A program made the translations under genes and the position numbers. A model generated the notes under the pieces. It was not told the DNA's origin. It did not search any database and worked only from the letters and a program-made list of their open reading frames with translations. Source: Capsulimonadaceae bacterium (GTDB lineage: Bacteria; Armatimonadota; Armatimonadia; Armatimonadales; Capsulimonadaceae). Taken from it: a stretch of DNA of 64,000 bases. This document shows positions 34,760 to 44,912 of this stretch, piece by piece. The stretch's first letter is position 1. Each line of letters opens with the position of its first letter. The stretch covers positions 3,019,205 to 3,083,204 of the forward strand of contig CBDIDS010000003.1 in assembly GCA_965277885.1 (NCBI GenBank). Reading direction: 5' to 3'.

Positions 34760-36640
34760 ATGGAAAAAACTGAGAAGGCACTTCCGCCCCTGATCCCGCG
34801 CGAAGTCCTGTTCGGAAACCCGGAAAAAACCGGGCCGCAGATCTCGCCCGACGGCACAACGCTGGCGTACCTTGCGCCGTCGGACGGGGTGCTGAATGTC
34901 TGGGTGCGGAGCGTCGGGCACTCCAACGACCGGGCCGTGACCCAGGACACGCTGCGCGGCATCCGGGCGTTCTTCTGGCAGGGGGACAGCGCCCATCTGC
35001 TGTATTTGCAGGACACCGGCGGCGACGAAAACTTTCATCTGTACCAGACGGAGATCGCGACCGAGCGGACGGAAGATTTGACTCCGTTTGCGGGTGTCCG
35101 TGCCGTGCCGCTGGCGCTGAACCCGAACATTCCGGGCCGGATGCTGGTCTCGCTGAACCGGCGCGACCCGCGCGTCTTCGATGTTTACAATTTGGATTTG
35201 ACGACGCGGGAATTGACGCTGACCACGGAAAATTCCGGCGATGTCGCAAGCTTTGCGGCAGACAATGCTTTAGAAGTTCGCGCCGCGCAGGTGCAGCTTT
35301 CCGACGGGTCTACCGAAATTCGGGTGCCGGACGGCGCGGGCGGCTGGCGTGTCTTTTTGACCTGGGGCGCGGACGAGACCGGCGGCGGCGTGTCGGGTTT
35401 TTCGCCCGATAATTCCAAGATGTGGGTGATCAACAGCGTCGGCGCGAACGCCGCGCGTCTGCTGGAAGTAGACCTCGCGACTGCTGAAAGCGCCGTGGTC
35501 GCCGAAGACCCGGACTTTGATGTCAGCGGCATTCTGCGCCACCCGAAGACACGCGCTTTAGAAGCCGTGCAGTTTACCCGCGCCCGGCAGGAATGGACGG
35601 CGGTAGACCCGGCCCTGCAAGCCGATTTTGAGATACTCAGCGTGGTGACGGACGGCGATTGGAGCATCACAAGCCGCGATCTGGCCGACACGCACTGGGT
35701 CGTCGCGTATGTCCGGGACAGCGGCCCGACGCGCTTTTATCTTTACAACCGCACGACAAAAACCGCCGAATTCCTGTTCAGCAGCCAGCCGGCATTAGAG
35801 AATTACACGCTCGCGCCGATGACCCCGGTGACGTTCCCGGCCCGTGACGGCCTCTCGCTCTCCGGCTATTTGACGCTTCCCGTCGGCATGGAGCCAGCGC
35901 AGCTGCCGCTGGTGCTGCTGGTGCATGGCGGCCCGTGGGCGCGGGACGTGTGGGGCTACAGCGCAACGGTGCAGATGCTGGCGAACCGGGGCTACGCCGT
36001 GCTGCAAATCAACTTTCGCGGCTCGTCGGGCTACGGCAAAGCCCATTTAAACGCCGGGGACAGGGAATGGGGCGCGAAGATGCACACGGACCTGCTCGAC
36101 GGCAAGCAGTGGGCCATTGCCGAAGGCTACGCCGACCCCGACCAAGTGGCGATCATGGGCGGCTCTTACGGCGGCTATGCGACGCTGGCCGGGCTGGCGT
36201 TCACACCGGACGAATTTGTCTGCGGCGTGGACATCGTCGGCCCGTCCAATCTGCTGACGCTGCTGCAAACCATCCCGCCGTACTGGTCTACCTTAGTCGC
36301 GACCTTCTACAAGCGCATGGGGAGATTAGACGAAGTCGAGTTCCTCCAAGAGCGCTCGCCGCTGTTCTCGGCTGGGCAAATTACCAAGCCGCTTTTGATC
36401 GCCCAGGGCGCGAACGACCCGCGCGTCAAGCAGGCGGAAAGCGACCAGATTGTGGCGGCGATGCGCGAGCGCGGCCTGCCCGTCGAGTACCTTGTCTTCC
36501 CCGACGAAGGCCACGGCTTCGCCCGGCCCGAAAACAACCGCAAGTTCATCGCCGCCGCCGAAGCCTTTTTGGCCCGCTACCTCGGAGGCCGGGCCGAGCC
36601 GCCGTCCCCGGAAGAAAGCGCAAGCGATTTGCGTCAGTAG
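34760..36640 (+). CDS. S9-family serine peptidase (prolyl oligopeptidase / dipeptidyl-peptidase type)
   Basis: N-terminal beta-propeller region. HGGPWARD, nucleophile [23 protein letters not shown]. Confidence 0.85.
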   Translation: MEKTEKALPPLIPREVLFGNPEKTGPQISPDGTTLAYLAPSDGVLNVWVRSVGHSNDRAVTQDTLRGIRAFFWQGDSAHLLYLQDTGGDENFHLYQTEIATERTEDLTPFAGVRAVPLALNPNIPGRMLVSLNRRDPRVFDVYNLDLTTRELTLTTENSGDVASFAADNALEVRAAQVQLSDGSTEIRVPDGAGGWRVFLTWGADETGGGVSGFSPDNSKMWVINSVGANAARLLEVDLATAESAVVAEDPDFDVSGILRHPKTRALEAVQFTRARQEWTAVDPALQADFEILSVVTDGDWSITSRDLADTHWVVAYVRDSGPTRFYLYNRTTKTAEFLFSSQPALENYTLAPMTPVTFPARDGLSLSGYLTLPVGMEPAQLPLVLLVHGGPWARDVWGYSATVQMLANRGYAVLQINFRGSSGYGKAHLNAGDREWGAKMHTDLLDGKQWAIAEGYADPDQVAIMGGSYGGYATLAGLAFTPDEFVCGVDIVGPSNLLTLLQTIPPYWSTLVATFYKRMGRLDEVEFLQERSPLFSAGQITKPLLIAQGANDPRVKQAESDQIVAAMRERGLPVEYLVFPDEGHGFARPENNRKFIAAAEAFLARYLGGRAEPPSPEESASDLRQ

Positions 36641-36673
36641 AAGCACCTAAGAAGCACCTAGAAAGAATAAACC

Positions 36674-37402
36674 ATGTCCCAAGAAATCAAGACCGAGACC
36701 GTCACTCTCAGCGTGTCCGACGGAAGCACTATGCCTGCCTATGTCGCCCGGCCCACGTCGAATGGCCCCCATCCGGGCATTCTCGTCTTTCAGGAAGCGT
36801 TCGGCGTGAACGCCCACATTCACGACCTGACCGAGCGGTTCGCCCGCGCCGGCTACACAGCGATTGCGCCCGCGCTGTACCACCGGACCGACCCGAACTT
36901 CAAGGGCCTCTACACAGACTTCGGACCCGCGATGGCGCACCTCAAGGCGCTTACCGATGCCGGCCAGACTGCCGACATCCAGGCCGCGTATCAGTGGCTG
37001 ACCACTGACGGCGGCGCGTCGGCAGTCGCGTCTACCGGCTACTGCATGGGCGGGCGGACTTCGTTTCTCGCCGACACCCTGCTGCCTCTGAAAGCCTCGG
37101 TTTCCTACTACGGCGGCGGGATTGCGCCAAGCGAGGGCAGCCCGTTCCCCAGCCTGCTGGACCGGGCCGCCGACCTCCACGCGCCCATTCTGCTGTTCTG
37201 GGGCGGGCTGGACGAACACATCGGCACGGCGCAGGTGCAGGCCGTGGACGCCGCGCTGAAAGCCGCCGGCAAAAATTACACCCAGGTCGTCTTTTCCCAG
37301 GCCGACCACGGCTTCTTCTGCGACGTGCGGGCCTCGTACAACCCCGACGCCGCCCGGCAGGCATGGGCGCTGACTTTGGAGTTCTTGGCAACGTATGTGT
37401 AG
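36674..37402 (+). CDS. Dienelactone hydrolase family protein
   Basis: HPGILVFQEAFGVN, GYCMGGR, DHGFF. Confidence 0.85.
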   Translation: MSQEIKTETVTLSVSDGSTMPAYVARPTSNGPHPGILVFQEAFGVNAHIHDLTERFARAGYTAIAPALYHRTDPNFKGLYTDFGPAMAHLKALTDAGQTADIQAAYQWLTTDGGASAVASTGYCMGGRTSFLADTLLPLKASVSYYGGGIAPSEGSPFPSLLDRAADLHAPILLFWGGLDEHIGTAQVQAVDAALKAAGKNYTQVVFSQADHGFFCDVRASYNPDAARQAWALTLEFLATYV

Positions 37403-37543
37403 GAACCCACCTCCTTGCTTCGCAGGGGTCCTCCCGAAGCGGGAGGACAAGGAGTTTAGGATAAGCCCAGCGGCACCGCGATTGCTTTCACCTCTTCGTC
37501 CTCCCCTTTGGGGAGGACCCCTGCGAAGCAAGGAGGTGGGTTT
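37403..37543. repeat. MITE-like palindromic element, family A, copy 3
   Basis: gaacccacctccttgcttcgcaggggtcctcccgaagcgggaggac ... gtcctcccctttggggaggacccctgcgaagcaaggaggtgggttt. It exactly fills the gap between two convergent genes. Confidence 0.8.
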
Positions 37544-38039
37544 ACTTCCGCCGAAACAAATCCGTCTTGACATTCGCGACCCGGTCCAAAAACAGCACGC
37601 CGTCCAAATGGTCAATCTCGTGCTGCAAGACCACCGCCTCAAAGCCCTCGGCGTCTACCGTCACTTCTTCGCCCTCTAAGTTGAGCGCCTTGACTGTGAC
37701 GCTTTGCCGCCGCTTGATATTCGCCGTGTAATCCGGCAGGCTCAGGCAGCCTTCCCGAAAGAGCTGCTCGCTGTCATACGCGACCACTCGCGGGTTGACC
37801 AGCACCAAGAGGCCGTGCCCGCCGGGATACTTCGGGTTGCGCGACGTGTCCACAATCGCAATTCGGACCATCTCTCCGATCTGCGGCGCGGCGATCCCGA
37901 CCGTGCGCGGCGGGCAGGCATCCATCGTGTCGAGTAAATCTTGAGCGGCGGCACGCACCGCGTCATTGACTTCCAAAGACGGCGCGATCACGACTTTCAG
38001 GCGCGGGTCGGGGTACAGCACGACAGGACGAACAGCCAT
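37542..38039 (-). CDS. def: Peptide deformylase
   Basis: GIAAPQIG, EGCLSLP, QHEIDHLDG. Confidence 0.95.
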   Translation of the reverse strand: MAVRPVVLYPDPRLKVVIAPSLEVNDAVRAAAQDLLDTMDACPPRTVGIAAPQIGEMVRIAIVDTSRNPKYPGGHGLLVLVNPRVVAYDSEQLFREGCLSLPDYTANIKRRQSVTVKALNLEGEEVTVDAEGFEAVVLQHEIDHLDGVLFLDRVANVKTDLFRRK

Positions 38040-38041
38040 AC

Positions 38042-38575
38042 CTACAGCGCCTCCGGGTCAAGCGCCTGCACGGAAATATCCACGCCCAGGCTCGCTTTGA
38101 GGCCCGCCAGCTCGCCCGTGAGGTCAGCCTCGCCCGCCGCGAGTTCCAGCAGCATGACATAGACCGGCGCGTCCGGTGTCCCCGCCAGCCGCGTGTCCAT
38201 GTCCGTGATGTTGACCCCGCGCTCCGCCAGCGCCGATGCGACCTGGTACACAATCCCCGGCCTATCCGCCCCGTACACCGTCAGCAGCGTATCAGGCGGC
38301 GTCTCCGAATGCGCGTCCAAAACCGTCTGCACCGTCACCGTCAGCCCTTCCTCCTCGGCTAACGGCCGCAATGCTTCCCGCGCATCGTCCGCCGACTTCC
38401 CCGCCGGCAGCCGCGCCGCCACCATCGCCGCAAATGCCCCATGCAGCCGCGTCATGGTTGCGTCATCCAGATTGCCGCCGAGAGCAAACACGGCTTTCGC
38501 CAGCGCCGCCACAATCCCCGGCCCGTCTTGCCCCACCGCCGTAATCACCACCACCGTCTCATGCCCAGTTTCCAT
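38042..38575 (-). CDS. Tandem ACT-domain protein (GcvR-like)
   Basis: VVVITAVGQDGPGIVAALAKAVFALGGNLDD and LLTVYGADRPGIVYQVASALAERGVNITD. ATG 38575 chosen. Confidence 0.7.
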   Translation of the reverse strand: METGHETVVVITAVGQDGPGIVAALAKAVFALGGNLDDATMTRLHGAFAAMVAARLPAGKSADDAREALRPLAEEEGLTVTVQTVLDAHSETPPDTLLTVYGADRPGIVYQVASALAERGVNITDMDTRLAGTPDAPVYVMLLELAAGEADLTGELAGLKASLGVDISVQALDPEAL

Positions 38576-38738
38576 GCCGCGATTATACCTCCTGCGCCCC
38601 CTGCAATTTTCGATAAAAATAAATGTTGGGAGGGAGAAGGATTTTAGCAGACAGACACCGAACAGCAAGCCATCTTACGGACGGCAGTACGAGTCCCTCA
38701 GCACATTCTCTCAGTGGTTCCCGTGAAAGGATCGTCAA

Positions 38739-39749
38739 ATGAATTCACGCCATGCACTCCCCGCTCTTCTTGCTGCCCAAGCCTGCCTCCTGCTTTGTGT
38801 CTGCGCCGCCAGCACCCGCCCCGCGCTGGCCGGGGACAAGAAGCCGGCGGACACCGCCGCGTCCGCGCTCCCGGACGGCCCGCGCCTGCGTTACCGGATT
38901 GTCGTGGACCAGGGCAAGTGGAACGAAATCCGCACCTCCCAGTGGTATCTCCCGCCGGAAGTGGGCGCAGGCATCCAGGCCCAGCTTGTGGACAAATTAG
39001 AAAAGTCCGGCTACTTTATCGTGATGGAGCGCGAAGCCACCGCCCAAGATCAGGCGTCCCAGGAAGATCAGATTGACGCGACGAAAAGAGCGACCCTCGC
39101 CCCCGGCGCCATCGCCGCTCCCCGGCAGCAGCGGACCGTTGGCAACTTCATCATCACGCCATCGGTCGTCGGCTTTGTCCCGACCGGCGGCGGCAACAGC
39201 GGGGTCAGCTTCGGCGGCCTCCATCTCGGCGGCAAGAAAGCCGAAAGCACCGTCACCCTGAGCATCCGCATTTCCGACGCCCAGACCAGCGAAATCATTG
39301 ACACGCAGACGGCGACCGGCAAAGCCGAAGCGAAGTCAAACGGCATCGGCCTGAACTTCCAGGGCGCGGACATCAGCAGCGAGCAGTTCCAAAGCAGCCC
39401 CGCCGGCCAGGCCGTAGACCGCGCCCTCGATGACGCCGTCGCCAAGATCGTCGCCCGCCTCTCTAAAGAACCCTGGACCGCGCTTGTCGCCGCCCAGGAC
39501 AAAGCCACCAACCGGGTCATCATCAACGCCGGCAACCAAAGCGGCGTCCAGGTCGGCCAGGTCTTCACCGTCTACCACGCCGGTAATCCCGTCTTGGACC
39601 CTGACACCGGTGAGAAAATCTCCGAAGGCGACGAAGTCAAGATCGGGCGCATCAAAATCGTCCGTGTGGACCGCAATGCTTCTTACGCCGACATCCTCGA
39701 AGGCACCACCTTCCAGCCCCGCGACATCGTCAAAGCCGTTTCAAACTAG
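38739..39749 (+). CDS. CsgG-like / LpoB-like outer-membrane lipoprotein with extra C-terminal beta domain
   Basis: Signal with Cys (LLLCVCAAS). FIITPSVVGFVP...STVTLSIRISDAQTSEII...AVDRALDDAVAKIVARL. Confidence 0.6.
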   Translation: MNSRHALPALLAAQACLLLCVCAASTRPALAGDKKPADTAASALPDGPRLRYRIVVDQGKWNEIRTSQWYLPPEVGAGIQAQLVDKLEKSGYFIVMEREATAQDQASQEDQIDATKRATLAPGAIAAPRQQRTVGNFIITPSVVGFVPTGGGNSGVSFGGLHLGGKKAESTVTLSIRISDAQTSEIIDTQTATGKAEAKSNGIGLNFQGADISSEQFQSSPAGQAVDRALDDAVAKIVARLSKEPWTALVAAQDKATNRVIINAGNQSGVQVGQVFTVYHAGNPVLDPDTGEKISEGDEVKIGRIKIVRVDRNASYADILEGTTFQPRDIVKAVSN

Positions 39750-39847
39750 CGCCGCCTCCCGCCTCCGCCGGGCCTCGCAGCCCGGCGGAGACCACCGTTT
39801 TGTGCTACAATAACGACATGGCAATCTTAGAAATCGAAGTCGCCGCC

Positions 39848-39930
39848 GAAGACCCCCCCGCCCCAATTCTGGGGAGCCGAAAAAGACGCTTTATCCTTTC
39901 CGGTTCCCCCAGAATTGGGGGTGAGGGGGC
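39848..39930. repeat. MITE-like palindromic element, family B, copy 3, flanked by a 23-26-bp direct repeat
   Basis: gaagacccccccgccccaattctggggagcc ... ggttcccccagaattgggggtgagggggc. Flanks are ttagaaatcgaagtcgccgccgaaga (39827-39852) and ttagaaattgaagtcgccgaaga (39956-39978). Confidence 0.7.
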
Positions 39931-40022
39931 AGTCCAAAGGCTTTTACATAGTCTTTTAGAAATTGAAGTCGCCGAAGAACAAGCGTAAATGCAACGGGAA
40001 GCGCGACAGGCGGGCCTGTGTC

Positions 40023-40301
40023 CTAAGAGCTACCCCTGCCTGCACTCAGCATAGCGTCGCGCAAAATTGTGTTAAGGCGCTTTTGGTAGCCTTTATCACC
40101 GCCTTGTTTCAGCCAGGCTAGAACGTCGGCGTCTATGCGTACCGTAAGTTGCCGCTTCACCGGGCGGTAGAACTTGCCGCGCACGGCACCGGCCCAATCT
40201 TCATGCGTCGTGGCCGGGATGTCGGACAAATCAATATCCTCGTCGGTCTTTCCTGCTAAAGCGGCGAGTTCTTCTCGCACTGATTCTGGAATTGCTTTCA
40301 T
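40023..40301 (-). CDS. brnA: BrnA-family antitoxin
   Basis: DIDLSDIPATTHEDWAGAVRGKFYRPVKRQLTVRIDADVLAWLK...YQKRLNTILRDAM. Confidence 0.8.
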   Translation of the reverse strand: MKAIPESVREELAALAGKTDEDIDLSDIPATTHEDWAGAVRGKFYRPVKRQLTVRIDADVLAWLKQGGDKGYQKRLNTILRDAMLSAGRGSS

Positions 40302-40608
40302 AGTCTTCTCTTTCACTTTTGAGAGCGAGGCGGGTGGAAATAATGCGGATATGCTCTTCACCGGCATCATCACTCCAAGTATGTGCCACCAGTAGCAGTG
40401 TCGCGCCTCGAATGGAACCGATTGCCTGCCAGCGTTCTTCACCGTCTACAATGCGGTCCTGACGTGAGATGTGAAGTGGGTCATCAAAGACAAAGCGTGC
40501 TGCTTCAAAGCTGATGTCGTGCTTCCTTTTGTTCTGTGTGTTCTTATCTTCGTCCCATGTGATTTTCAATGTAGCTCCAAAAACGTAACTACATTGTTGT
40601 ACCACCAA
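40231..40608 (-). CDS. brnT: BrnT-family toxin (DUF497)
   Basis: ITWDEDKNTQNKRKHDISFEAARFVFDDPLHISRQD...ERWQAIG...LLLVAHT...IRIIS. The start is uncertain (TTG 40608 or TTG 40569). The 3' end overlaps brnA by ~70 nt. Confidence 0.75.
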   Translation of the reverse strand: MVVQQCSYVFGATLKITWDEDKNTQNKRKHDISFEAARFVFDDPLHISRQDRIVDGEERWQAIGSIRGATLLLVAHTWSDDAGEEHIRIISTRLALKSEREDYESNSRISARRTRRFSRKDRRGY

Positions 40609-40651
40609 TAGAAGAAAAAAGGTGCAAGGCAGCCAGCCTCTACAAAGCGGC

Positions 40652-41326
40652 TTATGCTTCCAAAATCTGCCGGGCTACGTCCAATAAATCCACTCCGACA
40701 ATCTCCGGCTGGGGGCCGAGGGGGCTGAGGGCTTGGTCGGGGCGCTGGACGAAGGCGGCTTGCAGGCCCGCCGATAAGGCTCCGGCGATGTCCCAGGAAT
40801 GGGCGGCGATGAGGCGGATGTCGCCGGGCGGGACGCCTAAACTCTCGGCGGCGTGGATGTAGGGGCGGGGGCCGGGCTTGAGCTGCTGCACGGTGTCGGC
40901 GGACAGGACCTGCTCGAAGTAGGGGGCGAGCTTGGCGTGGGACACCTGAGCCTGGGCGATGGGCAGGACGGAGTTTGTGAGGGCGGCCAGGCGGACGCCC
41001 GCGCCGCGCAGGAGGCTGAGGGCTTCGGGGACATCCGGGTAGGCGGGCAGGGCGCTCAGGCCGGCAAGGATGGGCGCTTTGTCGGCGGCGGACAGCGCGA
41101 CGCCGCGCCGGGCGGCGGTCATCTCTAAGGCGGCGTCGGCGAGGCGGTCGAACGAAATGTAAGAGGCGAGGGCGGTCTGGGTCAGGGTCAGCTCCAGCGT
41201 CTGCCGGAACCAGAGGGTGCGGACGCCGGGGTCGCCGAAGACGCGGGCGAAGTGCGGGTCCAGGACGCTGAGGTCAAGCAAAGTTCCGTTGAGGTCGAAG
41301 AGGCAGACGGGCGTTGAAGTGGGCAT
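40652..41326 (-). CDS. HAD-superfamily hydrolase, haloacid-dehalogenase type II-like
   Basis: CLFDLNGTLLDL, LAALTNS, IAAHSWDIAGA. Confidence 0.8.
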   Translation of the reverse strand: MPTSTPVCLFDLNGTLLDLSVLDPHFARVFGDPGVRTLWFRQTLELTLTQTALASYISFDRLADAALEMTAARRGVALSAADKAPILAGLSALPAYPDVPEALSLLRGAGVRLAALTNSVLPIAQAQVSHAKLAPYFEQVLSADTVQQLKPGPRPYIHAAESLGVPPGDIRLIAAHSWDIAGALSAGLQAAFVQRPDQALSPLGPQPEIVGVDLLDVARQILEA

Positions 41327-41337
41327 GATGGCGAGAT

Positions 41338-42075
41338 TTACCCGTTTGACGCGGGCGGGAAACGGCCCGCTTTTGCGGGCGGAGCCAGCACGGCACGCGC
41401 GGCGTCTTGGCCGATGAGGGCATAGCCGGCGTCGGTGAGGTGGGTGAAGTCTTTGGCGCTGAAGTAGGCGGGGTTGTATTCGGCGCCCGGCGCACCGAGG
41501 CGGGGATCGGCCCCGGCGTCTATGATCCCGTCGGCGAAATCGCGCCAGTGGCGGCGGATGAGCGCGACGTACTGGACCATCTGGGCGTCGAAATCGGCAG
41601 GGTAAACGCCCGGATAAGCGGCGACCGGGGGCGTGACGACCAGAATGCGCCAGGGGTGGGCGGCGCGGCGGGCGCGGCAGTAGGCGAGAAGATCGCGATA
41701 AGCGGCCTCCGCGCTTTTGTGGCCGCCGCCGAGGTCGTTGGTGCCGCCGAAGACGATCAGCACGTTCTGCTTGAGGCGCGGGTCAAACAGCGGGTCCACT
41801 TTGGTCGGGGCATCGCCGGTCATCGCGCCCAGCGGCCAGCCGGGGATGCCGAGGCTCGTGACTCGCCAGGCCGGGCCGAGCGCCCGCGCCAGCACGCCGG
41901 GATAAGTGGCTCCCGTGGCCGTTCCGAGACCCGACGAGGCATTGGAGCCAAAGGTCAGGCTGTCGCCGTGGCAGACGACCTGGGCCGTGATGGGCGTCTG
42001 CGCCGAAGCACGGTGCAGCCCGGCGGCAAGCACTCCGAGACAAGCCAGCGTTATCATCGTTGTCAGTCTTTTCAT
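41338..42075 (-). CDS. Secreted SGNH/GDSL hydrolase
   Basis: Signal peptide MKRLTTMITLACLGVLAAGLHRASA. CHGDSLTFG (block I). IVFGGTNDLGG (block III). FTHLTDAGY (block V). Confidence 0.8.
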   Translation of the reverse strand: MKRLTTMITLACLGVLAAGLHRASAQTPITAQVVCHGDSLTFGSNASSGLGTATGATYPGVLARALGPAWRVTSLGIPGWPLGAMTGDAPTKVDPLFDPRLKQNVLIVFGGTNDLGGGHKSAEAAYRDLLAYCRARRAAHPWRILVVTPPVAAYPGVYPADFDAQMVQYVALIRRHWRDFADGIIDAGADPRLGAPGAEYNPAYFSAKDFTHLTDAGYALIGQDAARAVLAPPAKAGRFPPASNG

Positions 42076-42157
42076 AGGCTGATTGTACCACACCCTGCCG
42101 TACCGCGCGACGTGCAAGAGGGCAGGAAACTTGCGTCCCTGTGCCGAACTGTGCGGC

Positions 42158-44245
42158 ATGAACCACGCTTTTATATATCCCGACGCCCGCAAGTCCGATC
42201 AAACCGACAATTACCACGGCACGGAAGTCGCCGACCCGTACCGCTGGCTGGAAGACCCGGATTCTGCGGAGTCGCGGGCCTGGATTGAGGCCGAAAACGC
42301 GCTGACATTTGACTTTTTGGAGAAGATCCCGGCGCGTCAAGCGATAGAAGAGCGATTGACGACGCTGTGGAACTATGAGCGCTATGGGATGCCGTACTTG
42401 CAGGGCGGGCGGTATTTTTACGGCAAAAACGACGGGCTGCAAAACCAGAGCGTCCTGTATGTCGCCGACAGCCTAGACGCCGCGCCGCGCGTGCTGCTGG
42501 ACCCGAACACGCTGTCCGCCGACGGCACGGTCGCGCTGTCCGGCACGGCGACCAGCGACGACGGCAAGTTTCTGGCGTATGGCCTGTCGGCGGCGGGGTC
42601 GGACTGGACCGAGTGGCACGTTCGCCGCGTCGACACGGGGGAAGACACCGACGATCATATTCGCTGGGTGAAGTTTTCGGGGGCGTCGTGGGCGAAAGAC
42701 GGCTCCGGCTTTTACTACAGCCGCTATGATGCGCCGCCTGAAGGCGAAGAGCTTCAGCAGGCGAACTACTTCCAAAAGTTATACTTTCACACGCTCGGCA
42801 CAAGCCAAGACGAAGACGTGCTGGTGTACGAGCGGCCCGACGAGAAGGAATGGGGCTTCAACGGACACGTCTCGGAAGACGGCGCGTTTCTGATCATCGG
42901 CGTCCGGCAGGGGACCGACCCCAAAAATCGCTTGTTTTATAAGCCGCTCGCCGACCCGGACGCCGCCGTGGTCGAGCTGATCCCCGATTTAGAAGCGCAG
43001 TACCGCTATCTCGGCAATGACGGCCCGATTTTCTGGCTGCGGACTAATCTCAACGCGCCCAAGAACCGTGTCATTGCCCTGGACACGCGCAATCCCGGCA
43101 AAGAGAATTGGGTCGAAGTCATCCCCGAAGCCGCCAACCTGCTGGAAGGCGTCAGTCTGGTCGGCGAAAAGTTCATTGCTGAGTACCTCCACGATGCCGC
43201 CACGCAGGTCAAAGTGTTCGCGCTGAATGGCACCCTTGAGCGCGAGGTCGAGCTGCCCGGCATCGGATCGGCGGGCGGCTTCGGCGGCAAGCGGGCGCAG
43301 ACCGAGACGTTCTACAGCTTCACGTCCTTCACGACCCCCACATCCATCTACCGCTACGATGTCCCGACGGGCGAAAGTACGCTGTACCGTCAGCCGGAAG
43401 TCGCGTTCAATCCCGAAGACTACGAGACGGCCCAAATCTTCTACGCCTCCAAAGACGGCACCCAGATCCCGATGTTTATCACCTATCGCAAGGGCTTGGC
43501 ACGGGACGGCCAAAACCCGACCTACCTCTACGGCTACGGCGGCTTCGATATCTCCCTGACCCCGTCGTTCAGCCCGGCGCAGATTGTCTGGATGGAGCGC
43601 GGCGGCATTCTCGCGGTCCCGAACCTGCGCGGCGGCGGCGAGTACGGCGCAGAGTGGCACGAAGCGGGCATCAAAGAAAACAAGCAAAACGTCTTCGACG
43701 ACTTTATTGCCGCCGCCGAATGGCTCATCTCCAATCGCTATACGTCCACGCCGAAGCTTGCCATCGGCGGCGGCTCAAACGGCGGCCTCTTGGTCGGCGC
43801 GTGCCTGACCCAGCGCCCGGACCTCTTCGGCGCGTGCCTTCCCGCCGTCGGGGTTCTCGACATGCTGCGCTTCCAAAAGTTCACCATCGGCTGGGCCTGG
43901 ACTTCGGACTACGGCTCCGCCGACAATCCCGGCGACTTTCCGTACCTCTATGCCTACTCGCCCCTGCACACGCTGAAACCCGGCACGTCCTACCCCGCGA
44001 CTCTGATTACCACCGGCGACCACGACGACCGCGTCGTCCCCGCCCACTCATTCAAGTTCGCCGCCGCGCTTCAGGCCGCCCAGAGCGGCCCCGCCCCGAC
44101 CCTCATCCGCATCGAAACCCGCGCCGGCCACGGCGCCGGCAAGCCCACCGCCAAAGTCATCGAAGAAGCCGCCGACCGCTGGGCGTTCCTGGTAGAAGTG
44201 CTGGGTATGGAAACGACAGGCAAAGGCGAAAATGGACTGGAATGA
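42158..44245 (+). CDS. Prolyl oligopeptidase (S9A)
   Basis: YHGTEVADPYRWLED...AWIEAEN... GYGGF, nucleophile GGSNGGLLVGA, DHDDRVVPAHSFKF, GHG. Confidence 0.9.
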   Translation: MNHAFIYPDARKSDQTDNYHGTEVADPYRWLEDPDSAESRAWIEAENALTFDFLEKIPARQAIEERLTTLWNYERYGMPYLQGGRYFYGKNDGLQNQSVLYVADSLDAAPRVLLDPNTLSADGTVALSGTATSDDGKFLAYGLSAAGSDWTEWHVRRVDTGEDTDDHIRWVKFSGASWAKDGSGFYYSRYDAPPEGEELQQANYFQKLYFHTLGTSQDEDVLVYERPDEKEWGFNGHVSEDGAFLIIGVRQGTDPKNRLFYKPLADPDAAVVELIPDLEAQYRYLGNDGPIFWLRTNLNAPKNRVIALDTRNPGKENWVEVIPEAANLLEGVSLVGEKFIAEYLHDAATQVKVFALNGTLEREVELPGIGSAGGFGGKRAQTETFYSFTSFTTPTSIYRYDVPTGESTLYRQPEVAFNPEDYETAQIFYASKDGTQIPMFITYRKGLARDGQNPTYLYGYGGFDISLTPSFSPAQIVWMERGGILAVPNLRGGGEYGAEWHEAGIKENKQNVFDDFIAAAEWLISNRYTSTPKLAIGGGSNGGLLVGACLTQRPDLFGACLPAVGVLDMLRFQKFTIGWAWTSDYGSADNPGDFPYLYAYSPLHTLKPGTSYPATLITTGDHDDRVVPAHSFKFAAALQAAQSGPAPTLIRIETRAGHGAGKPTAKVIEEAADRWAFLVEVLGMETTGKGENGLE

Positions 44246-44908
44246 GTTTCTGCACGAAGCAGTCGCCGAAAAAGACGCTGAGCTGGTGCGGCAGGCGCTG
44301 GCGCAAGGGGCTGACTCAAACTCTCCCGAAGCGCCGGGCGACTCGTTCAGTTCTTTTGTCGGCACAACAGAGTTGTTTTGGGCAGTCGGCGGGGAAACAT
44401 AGAAATTACTCGCCTTTTGCTGGAGGCAGGTGCAAAGGTCGCAGCAGAAAAACATTCAGAGGAGTCTTCGCTTCATGCCGCTGTCGAAGATGCGAACCTG
44501 CCGATGGTCAATCTGCTGCTGGACTATGACGGCGCGGCTGCACTAAATTGGTTTGATGTTACTGATCGAACGCCGCTGACAATCGCGGTGGAAATGGAGG
44601 ATATTCCCATCGCGCGGCGCTTGATCGAAGCGGGAGCCGATGTCAACGCACACAATGAGCCGCAGATCGGCGATACGGCGCTGCACCGCGCAGCGGCGAA
44701 CGGGACGCTCGAAATGGTGGAACTGCTGCTGGAAGCCGGAGCCGACCCGACAATTGAAGGCTGGATGCGCCGAACACCATTAGATAGAGCACAAGAGCGC
44801 AAGCACGGAGATGGCCCGCGCATTTATGAATTGCTGGAACAAGCCGCCAAGCGGTTCAAAGGGCAGATTCAAGCCGGAAACAAAATCGGTGGGTCTGGGG
44901 TAACATGA
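44232..44908 (+). pseudogene. Ankyrin-repeat protein with a 1-nt frame break near 44391-44397
   Basis: Frame 3: MDWNEFLHEAVAEKDAELVRQALAQGADSNS...LFWAVGGET, stop at 44400. Frame 2 continues NIEITRLLLEAGAKV...TPLTIAVEMEDIPIARRLIEAGADVNA...TALHRAAANGTLEMVELLLEAGADP. The break is at ggggaaac. Confidence 0.7.
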
Positions 44909-44912
44909 ATTT

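Noticed and set aside
39800-39988. 62-aa ORF MAILEIEVAAEDPPAPILGS...
   Set aside because: It is almost entirely the translation of a family B repeat plus its duplicated flanks, so it is not an independent gene.
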